Assembly (NCBI GenBank): GCA_964016885.1
Contig: OZ024740.1
Location: forward strand, 382,726,001-382,790,000
DNA from: Eledone cirrhosa
Taxonomy: Eukaryota
DNA length: 64,000 nt
Direction of reading: 5' to 3'
In this document: one piece after another, positions 38,635 to 53,232 of the stretch
Layout: each line of letters opens with the position of its first letter
How positions within the stretch are numbered: position 1 is the first letter of the stretch
Notes under the pieces: model-generated
The model's database searches: none
What the model saw: the letters and a program-made list of their open reading frames with translations, nothing else
What the model was told of the DNA's origin: nothing
Position numbers and translations under genes: made by a program

Positions 38635-38954
38635 TATTTTATAAATCTCCACCAAAGTTTGAGAGCAAGTTTTTTACAGAAATAAATCACTTTCAGTGTA
38701 ATTTAGGCATCAACTAGATAAAAACACGTGTATATGTTTAAGTATAGGTTTTATTGCTTGTGTGGGCCTGTATGTTTTGTGTTATATGTGTAGGCATGCG
38801 TATGTTTCTGTGTCTATATATGTGTCTATATACGTGGATTTCTTAAATGTTTTACATAGTATTAACATTTATGAATCTACACGAATATATATATATATAT
38901 ATTCCAGTTGTTGTCTTCCTGTCTCTTCTACAACTACAACGGCATGCGATATTT

Positions 38955-39107
38955 TGGCAGTATCGGTAGAGGGTCGGACGCCATGTTTGCAGCACAGTTA
39001 CGTCCCTTTACGGACTGAGTTCAAATCCCGCTAGGTCGATAAAATAAAGTACCAGTAATGCACTGAGTAATTGCTGGCCTTCTGCCATAAGTAGAAACAA
39101 TTATTAT
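38955..39107 (+). mobile_element. tRNA-derived SINE with internal deletion
   Basis: A and B boxes and 3' end match the family. Confidence 0.85.
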
Positions 39108-39209
39108 CCTGTTGCTGTTGCCTTCTTGACTGGAGAATCGGGTCAGTGGCTTTCGGCATCATTTGGCAGCGCAACGGCAAATAAATATATTCTCTATTTT
39201 TTTTTTGTC

Positions 39210-40212
39210 TTTTCTTTCTCTCTGTCTAATCTGATTCAAATTATTTGGCAGTGAATTGGTGGTCGGTTTTGTTATGTTTTGTTTTATGTTTCCATTTGTT
39301 TTTATTTCTTTCTCTCGCTCTTCTCGTATGTTTCGGTGCGTTAAATGTGTGAGGTTCCTAGCAGTTATTATTTGAGGTTATACTTCCATTCTAGGGTGTA
39401 TTCCATCATGATAGCACATACTGCTTTCCAGCATCATGGATCAAGCTGTGAGTTAATGACGCGAATGTTTGACTATTGGGTAATCAGAAAATCCAAGCGG
39501 AAAATCATCCATCTAGATATGAATAGAGTCTAGTGGATTTGACAATGTGTTAGAGATGATGAAGCAGCGTGGTAAATGTTTAAGATAAAAGTTCATTAAC
39601 TCAAGAGGGTTGGTATCTGATGCAGGCAAATTTCCTTCATCGATGTCAGGATCAACATCTTTATGGGCTTCACGTGTTGAGTTACGTAAGGCGAACTATA
39701 ATGTTTAATAATTCGCGACTAGTATAATAGCTCTGTACGGCTCTCATTCTATGGGATTAAAAAGCCTGTAAATGGGTATGGTTGCTCCAAGGAATGGCAA
39801 AATATTAGCATAGCACATACATGTATGCCCACGTACATATGTGTGTTGGTATGTCAAATACACACATATATGTGTGTATATCGGCGTGGGGAGCAACACG
39901 TGTTGGTTTGTTTTTAATTTTTATATTTTCTCTCTTTCTAATCCGATTCCCCCAAGAATTATTTGGTTGTGAATTGATGGTCGTGTTTTTTTGTCTCCCT
40001 TTATTTTATTTTGTTTTTTTTCTCTCGCTCTTCGCGTATATTTTGGTGCGTTGTATTTGTGAGGTTCCTATCAATGTTTAATAGCATTTATTATTTGTGG
40101 TTATGTTTCCATTCTAGGATGCATTCCATCATAGCAGCACATTCTGATTCCAAGCATCTTGTATTAGACGCAAAATTATTTGAGTAATGGGTAATCCAAG
40201 CGTAAGATCATC
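39210..40212 (+). repeat. Diverged ~300 bp direct duplication (39210-39510 / 39930-40212)
   Basis: Shared blocks TCTCTCGCTCTT, GTGAGGTTCCTA, TTCCATTCTAGG, TGGGTAATC, ATCCAAGCG in the same order. Confidence 0.8.
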
Positions 40213-40650
40213 AATGTATGGTAAACAAATCTTAAATAGAGCTTGGAGCAGATATTACGTTAAGAGAACATTCAGGATGTGGAAAAGTTGAAAATGTTTA
40301 CTTCGTTGAGTGTTGAATTTGTAGTTCCAGAAATTTTTTTTTTCGATCACAGGAAAGTGCACACACATACATATAGGTATATATACAGGTACATATATTA
40401 ATGAACTTTTATTTCACGTTAAACAAAGAGGGACATCAGTAAATAATAATAACGATATTTAGATATGAAAATATAGATGTACATATCTCTATTTCGGGGT
40501 TATTTTTTTTCCATGTGTGTATAGCAACACGTGGTTATGTGTGTTGCTGCTGACTCTAGCAGAGCCCAAGAAAACACGTCTATCCTCCAAGACCAGTAGC
40601 TTCCTAACTAGACGCGCCGTTTCTAGTTGTTGGAAGACTATGTATGTATG

Positions 40651-40684
<34 letters not shown>

Positions 40685-41274
40685 TGTATGTATGTATGTA
40701 TGTATGTATGTATGTATGTATGTATGTATGTATGTATGTATGTATCTATGTGTGTATACGAGGTTCTGAAAAGTTCATAGGCTGACCAAGATACTCTCAT
40801 GGAACAGTTGGAATTAATGCATGTAAGTTTTTACAGCTCTAGCAATCCTTCATAATCAGCCTATATATAAATGTAAAAGTACTAAACCCTCTGTGTAGAA
40901 GTCGGGTGATGCGAAATGGAATAAGTTGTTTAGAAATAAGCTACACAGGTACTGAGCATATAAAAAAATCTAAATTATTAGATTGATCAGCTGTAAGGAA
41001 ATATTTCTTCAATTTCTTCATATATTCAATGGTGAGAGCTAAATATTTAACATGTTGCTGTTTAAGCTGCGCAAATTATTTGTTAGTATTTTTTTTCTCA
41101 TTTAGCTTGCCAGCCTCTTTGATTATTTATTTATTTTTGTGTTCATTTCTGTTCTTTATCAGTTTGAATTTCTGCCAATAATTTATTTTAGAAGGTCCAA
41201 CTGCATACGAGTGTAAAACTCTCTCTCTAAAAAAATATTATATTATATACACACACATATGCACTCTCCACCCG

Positions 41275-41367
<93 letters not shown>

Positions 41368-41371
41368 TCTC

Positions 41372-41456
<85 letters not shown>

Positions 41457-41840
41457 GTTAAAGCGTACAATTATTTATTTTCTATGTACAAAAGCAACCG
41501 ATATTTATCTTAAATTTAAAAAAAATCGAATTGATAGGAACAAAATACAACTTGTGTTATAGAGAGCGTTTTGGCTTCCATGAATCAACTGGTGTCCGAC
41601 CATCGCGAAAAACGATAACAAAAGAAAACTACTAAATATATAGTCGTAAAGAATAATTGAAAATAAACCCCATGTGTGGCTTACGTTTTCATTAGAAACC
41701 ACAAAATGTCATGAATATATTTAGGAGAATATATTTTTTTTAAATGGCGTTTAGAAATGTGCATAAATCGATTAAGTACATTCTCTAATGTTGCTTTTTA
41801 CTAAGTTTCTGAATATCCAGGAATATAATAATTAAATCAT

Positions 41841-42030
41841 AATAATTGCTCCTACTTTTGGCACAAGGCCAGCAATTACCCCAGTGCATTACTGCTGCTT
41901 TATTTTATCGACCCGGTAAGGATGAATGGCAAAGTTAACCTCGGCGGGATTTGGACTCATACTGCAATGGGCCGTAGCTCTATGCTGCAAAGCATGGCGT
42001 CCGACTCTCTACTGATACTGCTAATCCACG
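41841..42030 (-). mobile_element. tRNA-derived SINE
   Basis: Reverse complement of the family sequence. Confidence 0.85.
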
Positions 42031-42505
42031 GACATATAATTAAATAATAATAAGGATTATAATTATTTATTGGAGGCAAACCACATAAGATATGTAAATT
42101 TTAAGAAGTGTTAAATGAATGTGGAGAGATACATTTAATAAAGTTTGTATGGAAAAAAATCATTATACGTTAAACTGGAAATACATTTAAGCAAATCATC
42201 TTCATAGGTTGTGGAAGCTTCAATCTAAAGTTTAACGGATCAGGGTAACTCAATACTCCAACCATTTTCCAATCAGAGCCCCATTTGCAATGACCTGGTT
42301 TTTTGATATCTTAAAAATGACGCCCGCTTCAGCACTATGTCAGCATTGTTTTCATAAAAACACGATCTTGTATGTAAAGAATACTCATATATTGTAGAGG
42401 ACGAGATAGACAATGAACATGGAGTTGAACGCACGAATTCATGATTGGCTGAAACATTACATTCGTTTTAGATCAGAACTACTAGTATTAATTTTTAACA
42501 AACAA

Positions 42506-42690
42506 GGGCGGTGGATTGGCTGTATCGGTAGAGGGTCGGACGCCATGCTTTCCAGCATAGTTACGTCCCTTTACGATCTGAGTTCAAATCCCGCCGAGGT
42601 TGACTTTTCCTTTCATCCTTACGGGGTCGATAAAATAAAGTACTAGTAATGAACTGGGTAATTGCTGGCATTGTGCCTAAAGTAGAAACA
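42506..42690 (+). mobile_element. Full-length tRNA-derived SINE with 19-bp target-site duplication
   Basis: ATTAATTTTTAACAAACAA at 42487-42505 and 42691-42709; A and B boxes; core resembles the MetaSINE-type central domain (from memory). Confidence 0.92.
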
Positions 42691-42790
42691 ATTAATTTTT
42701 AACAAACAAATACGGTTTACTGGAATTAATCTCTACACGAATAATTATGGTTGATAACTATATTATGTTTTACATATACACACGAAAACC

Positions 42791-42833
<43 letters not shown>

Positions 42834-43222
42834 AGAGAGGGGGGTATGGGGGGGAAAGAGAGAGAGAGAGTAGTCCAGGACGAAAGAAAGTGAAATTGAA
42901 TAAGAGTTAATACGAAATATTTAAAACAAAAATTGGAACAGAATTCTGAAAAATTAAGACACGCCTTTGCCAATATATTTCGAGAAATATCATGACAATG
43001 TCTATACAATGGAAATATTTACCCCGGATAGAATTGGAAGAAGGGATCTGATGCTTCAGGTGGAATACTTTATATAGTAAGATTTAGAAAATAAAAGAAT
43101 AACAAATACGACATAAAAATAGGAACGATACCTTGTTGAAAAGATCAGATATATTTTGAATAGGTCTATATACAAAAAATCCTATATGCGTGTGTGTTTA
43201 TGCGTGTTAATCGGTCTCACTA

Positions 43223-43266
<44 letters not shown>

Positions 43267-43419
43267 GTCCTGTAATTTCATATTCCGTTTTTAGTGCATA
43301 TTTTAAACCTAGGGGAACCCATCACTCTACAGGTTTCAACACACCAGAAATTCTCCCGAGAAGGATAGAGAGAGTGAGAAGGTGAAAGTGAGAAAGAGAT
43401 ATAGAGGAAGGACCGACTC

Positions 43420-43565
43420 CCGTACTTGATTGGTACATGTTTATCGATCTCGAATGGATGAAAGACAAAGTTGACCTCGGTGGGATTGGAACTCAGAGAG
43501 CAGAGAGCGGAATTGAATACAGCCATGCATTCCATCCACCGTTCTAACGAATCTGCTAATTATCC
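43420..43565 (-). mobile_element. Related, older SINE subfamily
   Basis: GAGTTCCAATCCCACCGAGGTCAACTTTGTCTTTCATCC on minus. Confidence 0.7.
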
Positions 43566-44547
43566 TCCTTATATATATGTGCCTATATAAGAATGATTAT
43601 ATATACACGGCTACGTATCTATATATGTTACTCTGTATGAATGCATAAGATATAAGTGTTGAAAAATACTAACAATGTAAAATATATTAACAATTGTCAA
43701 GGATCTATAATAGCCGTTACACTGTTTTTTGTTTTTTTTCAATAATATAACAAAGACTTTCGAGAAATCGAATAATATAAAACATTTTGAATAATATAAT
43801 ATATTTCAATGAATAGAAGTCACCAGAAATGTAGTCTTATTGAGTGTTGACGGAATTAATGTTAAAAACTAACATACAAAATAAAAAAAATAAATTAACA
43901 AAGAATGCAAATAGCAATACAACCAAACTATTTAATTGGTACATATTCTTAGCATTAGTATAATATGTTTAAGGAAATAAAATAATATAATCAGAATTTT
44001 GTTTAGCAAGCTAACATGCGTGCTAAGAAGTAACATACTGTTTCAGCACTTTAAATATGAAGAAAGAAATCTGAAACCAAGATAATCACAACATCAATGA
44101 TAAAACGAACAATGTTATCACTAAATTAGAAAGTTTTAAAAAATCAAAGTCAAATCTACAATAACGTTAGTCAAATCTATAAAACAACAGCATGTTATTT
44201 ACATTAATACCCACAGACAATTGTGGTTAGTAAACAAAATAACAAGAGGAAATTTATTAGCTAACCACTTGCTTGGAGGAATTCTGTATCGTGTCATGAT
44301 TGCTTATGTCTGGATAAGTTTTGCTTCACTTTTGCAATTCTTCATTTGCTTATAATTTGGCTTTCTTCAATTTTTCTTCTGTATTTTCTCATTTATTTTT
44401 GAACGAGTAACAATGTACATATTTTATGTCAGGTTAGGTATACACGTGTGTGCATATATATATATATATATATATAGGAACGAGTAGGACGCAGACGGCT
44501 TAGCTCAAGCCGTTTCGACGGCTAATTCTTGACTATATATATATATG

Positions 44548-44637
<90 letters not shown>

Positions 44638-44685
44638 CAATTGTGTGAATTGCTTTTACACCGCGGTGTACTAGGCACGTTAAAG

Positions 44686-44731
<46 letters not shown>

Positions 44732-44986
44732 GACGTAAAATAAGAAAATTTTAAAAAGAATTTAAAAAATTAACTTACTTACTAAAATTTTCCCTCTAAC
44801 TAATTAGTTTCTGCTATGGGATAAAGACAGTTACGTAATATAACCGTCGAGAATTCATTGCGTCCCTGATATTTCATATTATTGTTCTGCATCCTCCTGC
44901 ATTGAAACACCTAGGTACTATGACATAACTTATGTATTTGCTAGCATTAGCGTACATCTGTACGCATATGTTAGTAGATATACTAA

Positions 44987-45033
<47 letters not shown>

Positions 45034-45100
45034 AAAGAGATGAAATCGAAAATGCAACTTGAGTCTTATTTTTTTTTAAATTCTATATATTTATTTGGTT

Positions 45101-45138
45101 CCTTTACCGGTTTCGCAGTTCTTCTGCTTTTCAAAAGG
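45101..45138 (-). ncRNA. Minimal hammerhead family D (U3-A8)
   Basis: Identical to 12176-12213. Confidence 0.78.
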
Positions 45139-45213
45139 TGAGTTGAGATGGAGGGTCTGTGGTTTTTCTCACATCTGATGTGAGAAAAACCACAGACCCT
45201 CCATCTCAACTCA

Positions 45214-45251
45214 TCTTTTGAAAAACAGAAGAACTGCGAAACCGGTAAAGG
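45214..45251 (+). ncRNA. Minimal hammerhead family D (U3-A8), two substitutions
   Basis: TCTT-TTGAAAA-ACAG-AAGAA-CTGC-GAAA-CCGG-TA-AAGG. Confidence 0.65.
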
Positions 45252-45394
45252 AACCAAATAAATATATATATTTAAAAAAAAAAATAAGACTCCAGTTGCA
45301 TTTTCGATTTCATCTCTTTTTCTTTATACTTTCACTCGTGTAGGACACCTCGGTTATTTTTCAATTTGTAAAAAGAACCTCACTTTCTAATATA

Positions 45395-45450
<56 letters not shown>

Positions 45451-45487
45451 CTTTAGCGTGCGGTGTAAAAGGAATGCACACAATTGA

Positions 45488-45622
<135 letters not shown>

Positions 45623-45623
45623 G

Positions 45624-45662
<39 letters not shown>

Positions 45663-48264
45663 ATAATAATAAATTTGAAGACTAAATTCCAAAGAGGGCT
45701 TGATAAGGATATATATATATATATGTATATATATATAATGTACATCTTTATCGTCTATTTCCTGTTTCTCCTTTCAATTGCTGTAATAGTTCAACAACTG
45801 CGTACATGCAGTTTTCCCGGTGCACGAAACTTAGATTTTCTTTCCTAGTAAATCATAACCAGGACCAATAAACCAGATTTATTTTGTTTTTGTTTTCTCC
45901 AGAACAATCTTGTATTTCCTTGAATTCCACTACGATATATCATGTGATTACGAACTTAAATTATTCAGATCTATATTTAATTTGGTATTAATAATTGTAT
46001 ATTTATAATCGTGTCTCCGCTCAAATCTAACATCTCACCTCACACAATCTCATAAGTATTCACAATCTATAGTTACTATTTTGCCATGTAGTATCCTCGA
46101 GAATAGTTCTTTAGAATTTTCCCAGTATATTCATTTACATTATATTCCTCCTGGCTCATTTCCTTCTATTCAGAGATAATATCAAATATGAACATGTTGT
46201 TCTTTCCACTATCGCTTAAAAATAACTGATATTCCGTGGGCAAATACGTCGGATTGATTTTTCTTTTATAAAAGCAAATTGATTCACCTGGGAAAATGCT
46301 AGCTATAAAAGAATATTCACTTTAGCTCTTGTTCAGATTGTTACATAAAATATAAAATAATCAAATATCAAATTTACATAAATGTTTTTGAACAAAACTC
46401 TAGATTATTTTATATATTGTTTTCAATTTATGTTCATGTTTACACAACTTTATGTTGTATATGTTTTTTGAGTTTATTCAATATTGTGTGTTATCTTTTC
46501 GTTAAACAATTCATTTATGTATATGAAAACGTATATACGTCTGGAATTGTAGATAAAAATACTATAGATAGACAATTTGAAACAATGTGAAACAAATGTT
46601 GAGCTATAGAAAGCAATAAATATTTATATTAATGTCAAAAATAGAAAGTTTTTGGCAAAAGAAGAAAACAAAATTAATCAATAAGAAAAATTTGCATACG
46701 AAAATTAAATAAAAGAATACCCTTTGTATTTAATCACTCTTTGACCGTAGCTGACAGCTAGGTCATACCTATTCTACTTTGGAAAAAGGAACAGTATTTA
46801 ACATGTACGAAATTAATGTCTTCGAGGTGAGACATTTGGGGCAAGTTTATCTCTCCTCCTTGAAATATCTTTCAATCAATCGTACTTAGTTTAGTAAGAA
46901 ATCAATTTTTCTAATATACTCAAATTGGTATCCCATTGATTCGGAATGTCCAGCATGATTGTTTGAAGTAATAATGATTCTCACTCTTTCCAAACCAAGT
47001 AATTAATGCAACCATTTACTAGATGAATGGTAAAGCTTCTAGCAAAATGATGGTAGGTAATTGCATGGAGACCAGGACATCCGTTTCAAGTGTAGTCATC
47101 TATAAACATCAATTATATTTCCCATATAATTAATTAGAATATCCAAAGTGTACGCATAGCTTTAATCGGATATAGAGTCAGCTAATGTCGTTTAACTAGT
47201 CCCGCTATTTACACTGGATGTAGCTTCCAAGATATATCCCTTTTTATGCGGTAATGATTATAATGTTTATAAATGAAATACATTTAACATTTTTGATAAG
47301 CGTTTTCATTCCTTAAAGTTGATACTGCTTCAATGTTGATCAAAAACAAAATCCTTTGTATTCCTGAGTTAAAGACAAAGAAAATAGATGAAAATACATT
47401 TCAAAGGTTTTGCGGGTTAATATTTCTGTCATCATACAGTAATCTACAGATATTTTATTTAACTAAAATACAAGTGTTACTTTCTTTATTTATGTATACG
47501 TCGTCATAATATATATTTATTTCAGATGCAAAAAGACGATATTATTTAAATAAAGAGCCATTTTTAGATCTAAAAACTTGTTACGATTTTCATTTAATAT
47601 GAATCCGGGAACGAATAGCAAATCCCCTAAGGTGACAGGATGAAATAATTTTAAATAGTTTGTCCACAGAATGAATTATAAATATATTAGTTGGAAATGT
47701 TTTGATACAAAGGTAAAGTCGTGAAATAGTCACAATATATATCACAGTTGGTATTCCCATTCAAATAGAAACACCATGAAATTATCCACCTGGGCAAAAT
47801 TTGTCATCCCATGGTCTATAAGACGGAGCAGGTAAATCTTCCTTTAATACCTCCCCTACTTCGTCATTAAAAAGGATAGGACACAATGGTTGTAAGGGTC
47901 ATAGAAGAATTATCTAAAAAGAAAGATTATTCAAATTTGGAGCTCTCTTTCATCATATTGCTAATTAAATTATTGCTGATGTTGTGCTAACAATTCTAAC
48001 ACTATATTAACTTTTTTGTTGATATTTAAAGGAGATCAACCTTGCTTGAACCTTCCGTATTATTGTGCATACATGTAGTGGATACATACTCTCTCTCTCT
48101 TGGTCTCTCATACCCAGAGAAAATGGGAGATAGAAAGAGAGAGAAGGAGAGAGAGTATTTGGTCTAATGTGACTTTCAGGTGTGGAATTTGGATGCTATG
48201 CATAGTCGATGGGATAAAATATTTCTTCTCTTGCTGCTTACATTTTAACACTGATACGAATTGG

Positions 48265-48304
<40 letters not shown>

Positions 48305-48724
48305 ATCTTGTCAAGAGTTCAAACGATTCTGATTATATTCATCATCAAGTTATCACTTACCTTCCAGTAAAAAACTTATAAAAGTATATCAATACTAGAC
48401 CACTTGAATTGCGTTTTATCCTGAACGTGCCTTAATTCGAAAGAGAAGATCAGTTTTCTGTACCATTGCCGGATATGTACGGATGTGAATTGGAAAAAAT
48501 CGTGCCTGCGCTGTATATATTGGCACCATCTTTCGCTGCTTACAGAACTAAATGTAAATATAGCTTTACAATCCATTGTTATTGGTTATTCTTTGTCCTC
48601 GTTAACTACATACACTTTCCCTTACCAATATATATCGATAAAGACGCCAAAACAGTAATATAAACAGATATATTCATCAGCTAATTTAGATCACACGCAC
48701 CACGGATAGAATTGGCATTCATGA

Positions 48725-48764
<40 letters not shown>

Positions 48765-48793
48765 CGTGTGTACATTTATTTATATACATATAT

Positions 48794-48925
<132 letters not shown>

Positions 48926-48951
48926 ACATATATATATGGTGTAGAGAGATA

Positions 48952-48997
<46 letters not shown>

Positions 48998-49269
48998 TGA
49001 GAGGGGAATTAGGGTTATTTCCCCAACAAATTAGCAAACTATACTCGACGACGCCCGTTCATCGAGAGGGAATTCAACCGGTTTATAGCTGTGGGGAGAA
49101 CTGAATTGTAGATGAGCTGACTGGATTCCGCGCGATTGACGGCGATATATTGGTGATAAGGGGGACAGCTGAAACTAGACTGATGCAGCGGAGATAATTT
49201 TTGTTTGAGTTAGTTCATTCAGGGTAAAATGTATGTTTACCCCGGCTGTTTCCATTTACGTAACAGATA

Positions 49270-49860
49270 CTTTACAGCATGGGTGCAGCGACTAAAAAAA
49301 AAATAGTTCATTTTTTTACTGCACGTACCATTACGTACCCTCTGCAAGTTATTCTCTCTTTCATAAACACACAGCTTACAGGACATTTCTCCATGTCTGT
49401 ATGGCCAAGAATACACCAGAACATTCCAATCGATGTAGTAAATCACGTTGCCATTAAAAATGGTCACGCCATCACCGTTTTAGATAAAAACCCATAACCA
49501 AGTTAAGAATTAAGATCACCGTAACCACAAATCTGACAAACGTAGATTATTTAGACACCCATTAAAGACTTTCGCATTCACACATACACTCAGATCGTTC
49601 CACAAACTTAATGGAAAATTAAATTAAACACAATGACGTATGTCACCCACCTACGATCTTTAAAAACTTCGTTAAACACATCAGAAGTAGGATTTCTAAT
49701 CTTTCTTCTAACAAGACCATTTTTGAGAGAGCGGCACTTTACTATAATACTGCGTTAGCGAACAGCGGCCTCTACGATAACATTTCTTACTCCGAATCTC
49801 ACTACAAATAGAATAAGAAATAGAAATACAAAATAATTTGTTTCAGCCCACGCTTCTCAC
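49270..49860 (+). mobile_element. Old Penelope-like RT fragment
   Basis: KITVTTNLTNVDYLD, PPTIFKN..RISNLSSN..YYNTALANSG, homologous to the 1010 and 9470 PLEs. Confidence 0.75.
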
Positions 49861-49939
49861 ACTTGCTGTTCGATCTCCTGGCACAGTGGCAAGGCTTCTA
49901 TGTAAACGATGCATCGCACATCGGAGAATGGACTTAACA

Positions 49940-50280
49940 TAACTTTGACTTTGAACTTCAGCTGTTTTGCTCACTTCGGCCACGGTAACTTCGGATTTAT
50001 CCTCTGATGTCTCTGTCGTTTGGTCTCAGGCTGGTTCCCGAAGATCTATGTCTCATCACCGGTGATGACTCGCCCCCACATGTGTTGTTTGGTTTCAATA
50101 ATATCCTGGCACACCTGCATGCGCCGCTCCTTGTGGTCATCGTTTAGCATCTTCGGCATTATCTTCGTGCAGATCATTTGCACGACAAATCTTCAGTGAT
50201 AATCTTCCAAACGCTGTTGCAATTCATACCCAGCTCACCGGTGATCAGATAAACAGTCAGCCAACGATAGCCACGCCCTC
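49940..50280 (-). mobile_element. Mariner transposase fragment
   Basis: ELGM..SVWKIITEDL, MPKMLNDDHKERR, VITGDET. Confidence 0.8.
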
Positions 50281-50767
50281 CTCCTCCTCCCTCACGGACT
50301 CAACGCTCTCAAATCCGTACACAGATATTCCCCGGATATTATGTGTCACATGGTGACACAATTCAATAATCTTTACTCCACTCATAGCTCATGCAGCATA
50401 ACAAGATCTGTAATTATTCTGACAAACCACATATACAGTCTCATTTGTTAGAACAATCAATTGATAGGTATATTGCCATGCGTTGGATTCACGTTAGCTC
50501 GTTGTATGTTTGTGCAAGAGTCTTTATTTCACATTGCTCCAGCTCAACCAGAAGACAAACATTAGTTGTTCCTGTAATTGAAATGGCTAGTTATGTCACA
50601 CATTACCTTTAAAGATACTCAATACATACACACATTTATTCAAATATTATCACAGATACGTCACATAAAGTACTGATACATTTATACATTAAAAATCATT
50701 TACAGTTTCATTTAACTAAATTGTACACCATGATATGTATGAACAAAAGTCAAATTAATTTACACTT

Positions 50768-51266
50768 ACGAGTGGTATCAAGATGTTTCCCGACTAGATC
50801 TGTAAAGCACCAACATATACCAACACACAGTTGCTCGGGCATTGAGATCTAGCAGTCATCTACCTGCGCCAGTGTGCCAAGTGACATGGCTGTGTTCACT
50901 TCCCAAGTTGTGAAATTTATTTTTTTGTGATCATGTATATGACGTAGTTTGCGATTTTGTCATGAACAGGAAGCTGGAACAAAAACTAACGTGGAAGTTT
51001 ACGTTCAAATAGGGAAGCCTGATACAAAGACAATGAGTACGCTTCGGCAAGGGTTTAACACCGTTGCCGAGATCCATAAAAAATTCAGCAGGTCCTTGAC
51101 TGGATTTCGGAAAACGATGTCAAGGCTGGATTCCAAAAGAGCATGTATGCTGGATCAGGCGTATTGCTGCGCAAGGTGACTATTTCAATGGAGATAATAT
51201 TAAAAACTAGGTAAATATATTAGATATTTTATAACTAGTCCGCGAACATTTTTGATACTACCTCCT
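50768..51266 (+). mobile_element. Non-autonomous mariner (internal deletion derivative) with imperfect TIRs
   Basis: TACGAGTGGTATCAAGATGTTTCCCGACTAG versus reverse complement at 51233-51266; remnant GDYF C-terminus. Confidence 0.7.
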
Positions 51267-51835
51267 GAATGTTAATATAATGTGCGTATGCATAAGTGAA
51301 TATATGCGGAATTGCTAGGTGTATAAGTTACCTGATTATGTGAGCAAAGATAAATATCTTATATAATTTATTAAAGTTCACTTTCATCATTTTATGCCTT
51401 TAAATTCGCAGCTGTATACAATCCTTTATTCTAATCGGCGAACGTTTGGCGCCATATTCAAAGTAGTTTCAGGATTATTACAATTTAAATGGCTAATGGA
51501 AGAACATTTGTGACACAGCAGGTTTGGGAAAGAGTTTATATATTTAAAAAAATTACGGAAATATTGCACGTATATATCATAGATGATTAATGGACCTAAG
51601 TAATATGAACAAACATTAGGTGAATGCAGGCAAAAATCTTTTTATTTTATTAGTTGAAATCGCCAAACGTGTAAATGATTGTTGGTATGTCTAAACACTT
51701 TCCGATAAATATAAATAGATTAATCATCAATTCAGTCCCTTCGATATGATAACTCTGAAAATTAAAAAAAGAATAAATGATCTTCAGTAATATTTGTATA
51801 TTCATCCATCGATACTAGGTAATTATATATTATAT

Positions 51836-51920
<85 letters not shown>

Positions 51921-53048
51921 TGTGTGTTTGTGTGTATATATATATATACATAGGAAATGATTATGTATCCCGAAGGCTGCTTCCACAGCTAGATCCGAAC
52001 ATACATATATATATATATGCATCATGTATGTATGTATGCATGTAGCTATGACCTATTTGAATAATTTCAAATTTAGACGTCCCAATATAGACTAATATAA
52101 TGATAGTTTTACACTACTTACAACAGTTGAGAGAAACCAGATATTTATCTGATGCCTGTCTAACGTATACCTGACTGCAGATTGGTATCTGCATAGGGCC
52201 TCCATCAATTCAGACGCCGAGTGTTTTCGTTGTTGGAACAACGGAACAACTTGCTCATGAGTTTAACGAGCTCGGGTTACGAAGCATCAAAGTCCCCTGC
52301 AATTTTAGTATAGTTTTCTGGGAGATTCTCAGTGTGGGATATATCTGGTACTTTGTATTCTGGCTCTCATTCTTTCCAGTTGTTTGGACTAGATCAACGG
52401 GAAATAAATTGTCTTGCATATGAGGCCGTGAATGGAAATCACAATCTTATGATCTTGTGCCCTACCACGAGAAAGAAGTTAAATAATATTATGCAAATTA
52501 GCAAATACTGTCTGGCATACTATTTCCAATTCGTTTTGATTCTCTATTAATGGTATTGATTGTCAATGGATGATAATTTAGGTTGGCATATGTTGCATAT
52601 AAACTAACAATATTTAAACGTCCGATCTTCGTTTTTTGAAGTGTCAATTGCAACCCAAACCTTATTGTAATCTCGTAAATATTGGTATAGTTATAATTAG
52701 CAAATCAAATTGTGTTCCTAAAGGATTATTTCTCGTAAATACAAGATTAATTTGATACAACTAACACTAAAAGAGCGTATGCACATTTGCTTAAACTTAA
52801 ATTCCGATTGGGTTATTTGGAATAAATTATTTCTTTGGTAACAAGAATTATCATGGAATCAACAAATGAAGATTGAAGATTTGGAATTCTGTTTACGAAA
52901 GCCTAATAGTCTTAAAAATGATTTGTTATTTAGACACTAAGCCTCATATGTTACCGGATTACAAATACGAAGCAGTGGTCATGGGATTCTACAAGGTCAT
53001 TTGATCGACTAAAAATATCTGGCAATTCTCTCACTGACAATGTGACAG

Positions 53049-53232
53049 ATAATTGTTTCTACTTTTTGGCACAAGGCCAGTAATTACCCAGTGCATTACT
53101 GGTACTTTATTTTATCGACCCCGTAAGGATGAAAGGCAAAGTTAACCTCGGTGGGATTTGAACTCAGAATGGCAAGGGCCGTAACTCTATGCATCAAAGC
53201 ATGGCGTCCGACCCTCTACCGATACTGCCATA
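53049..53232 (-). mobile_element. tRNA-derived SINE
   Basis: Reverse complement of the family sequence. Confidence 0.88.

Larger units (their letters stand above)
45031..45390. mobile_element. Family D mini-insertion: ~145 bp-arm palindrome centred on 45176 plus one-sided tail, in (TA)n
   Basis: ACATC-T-GATGT centre; arms reverse complementary; right arm extends as in the 12032 copy. Confidence 0.85.
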
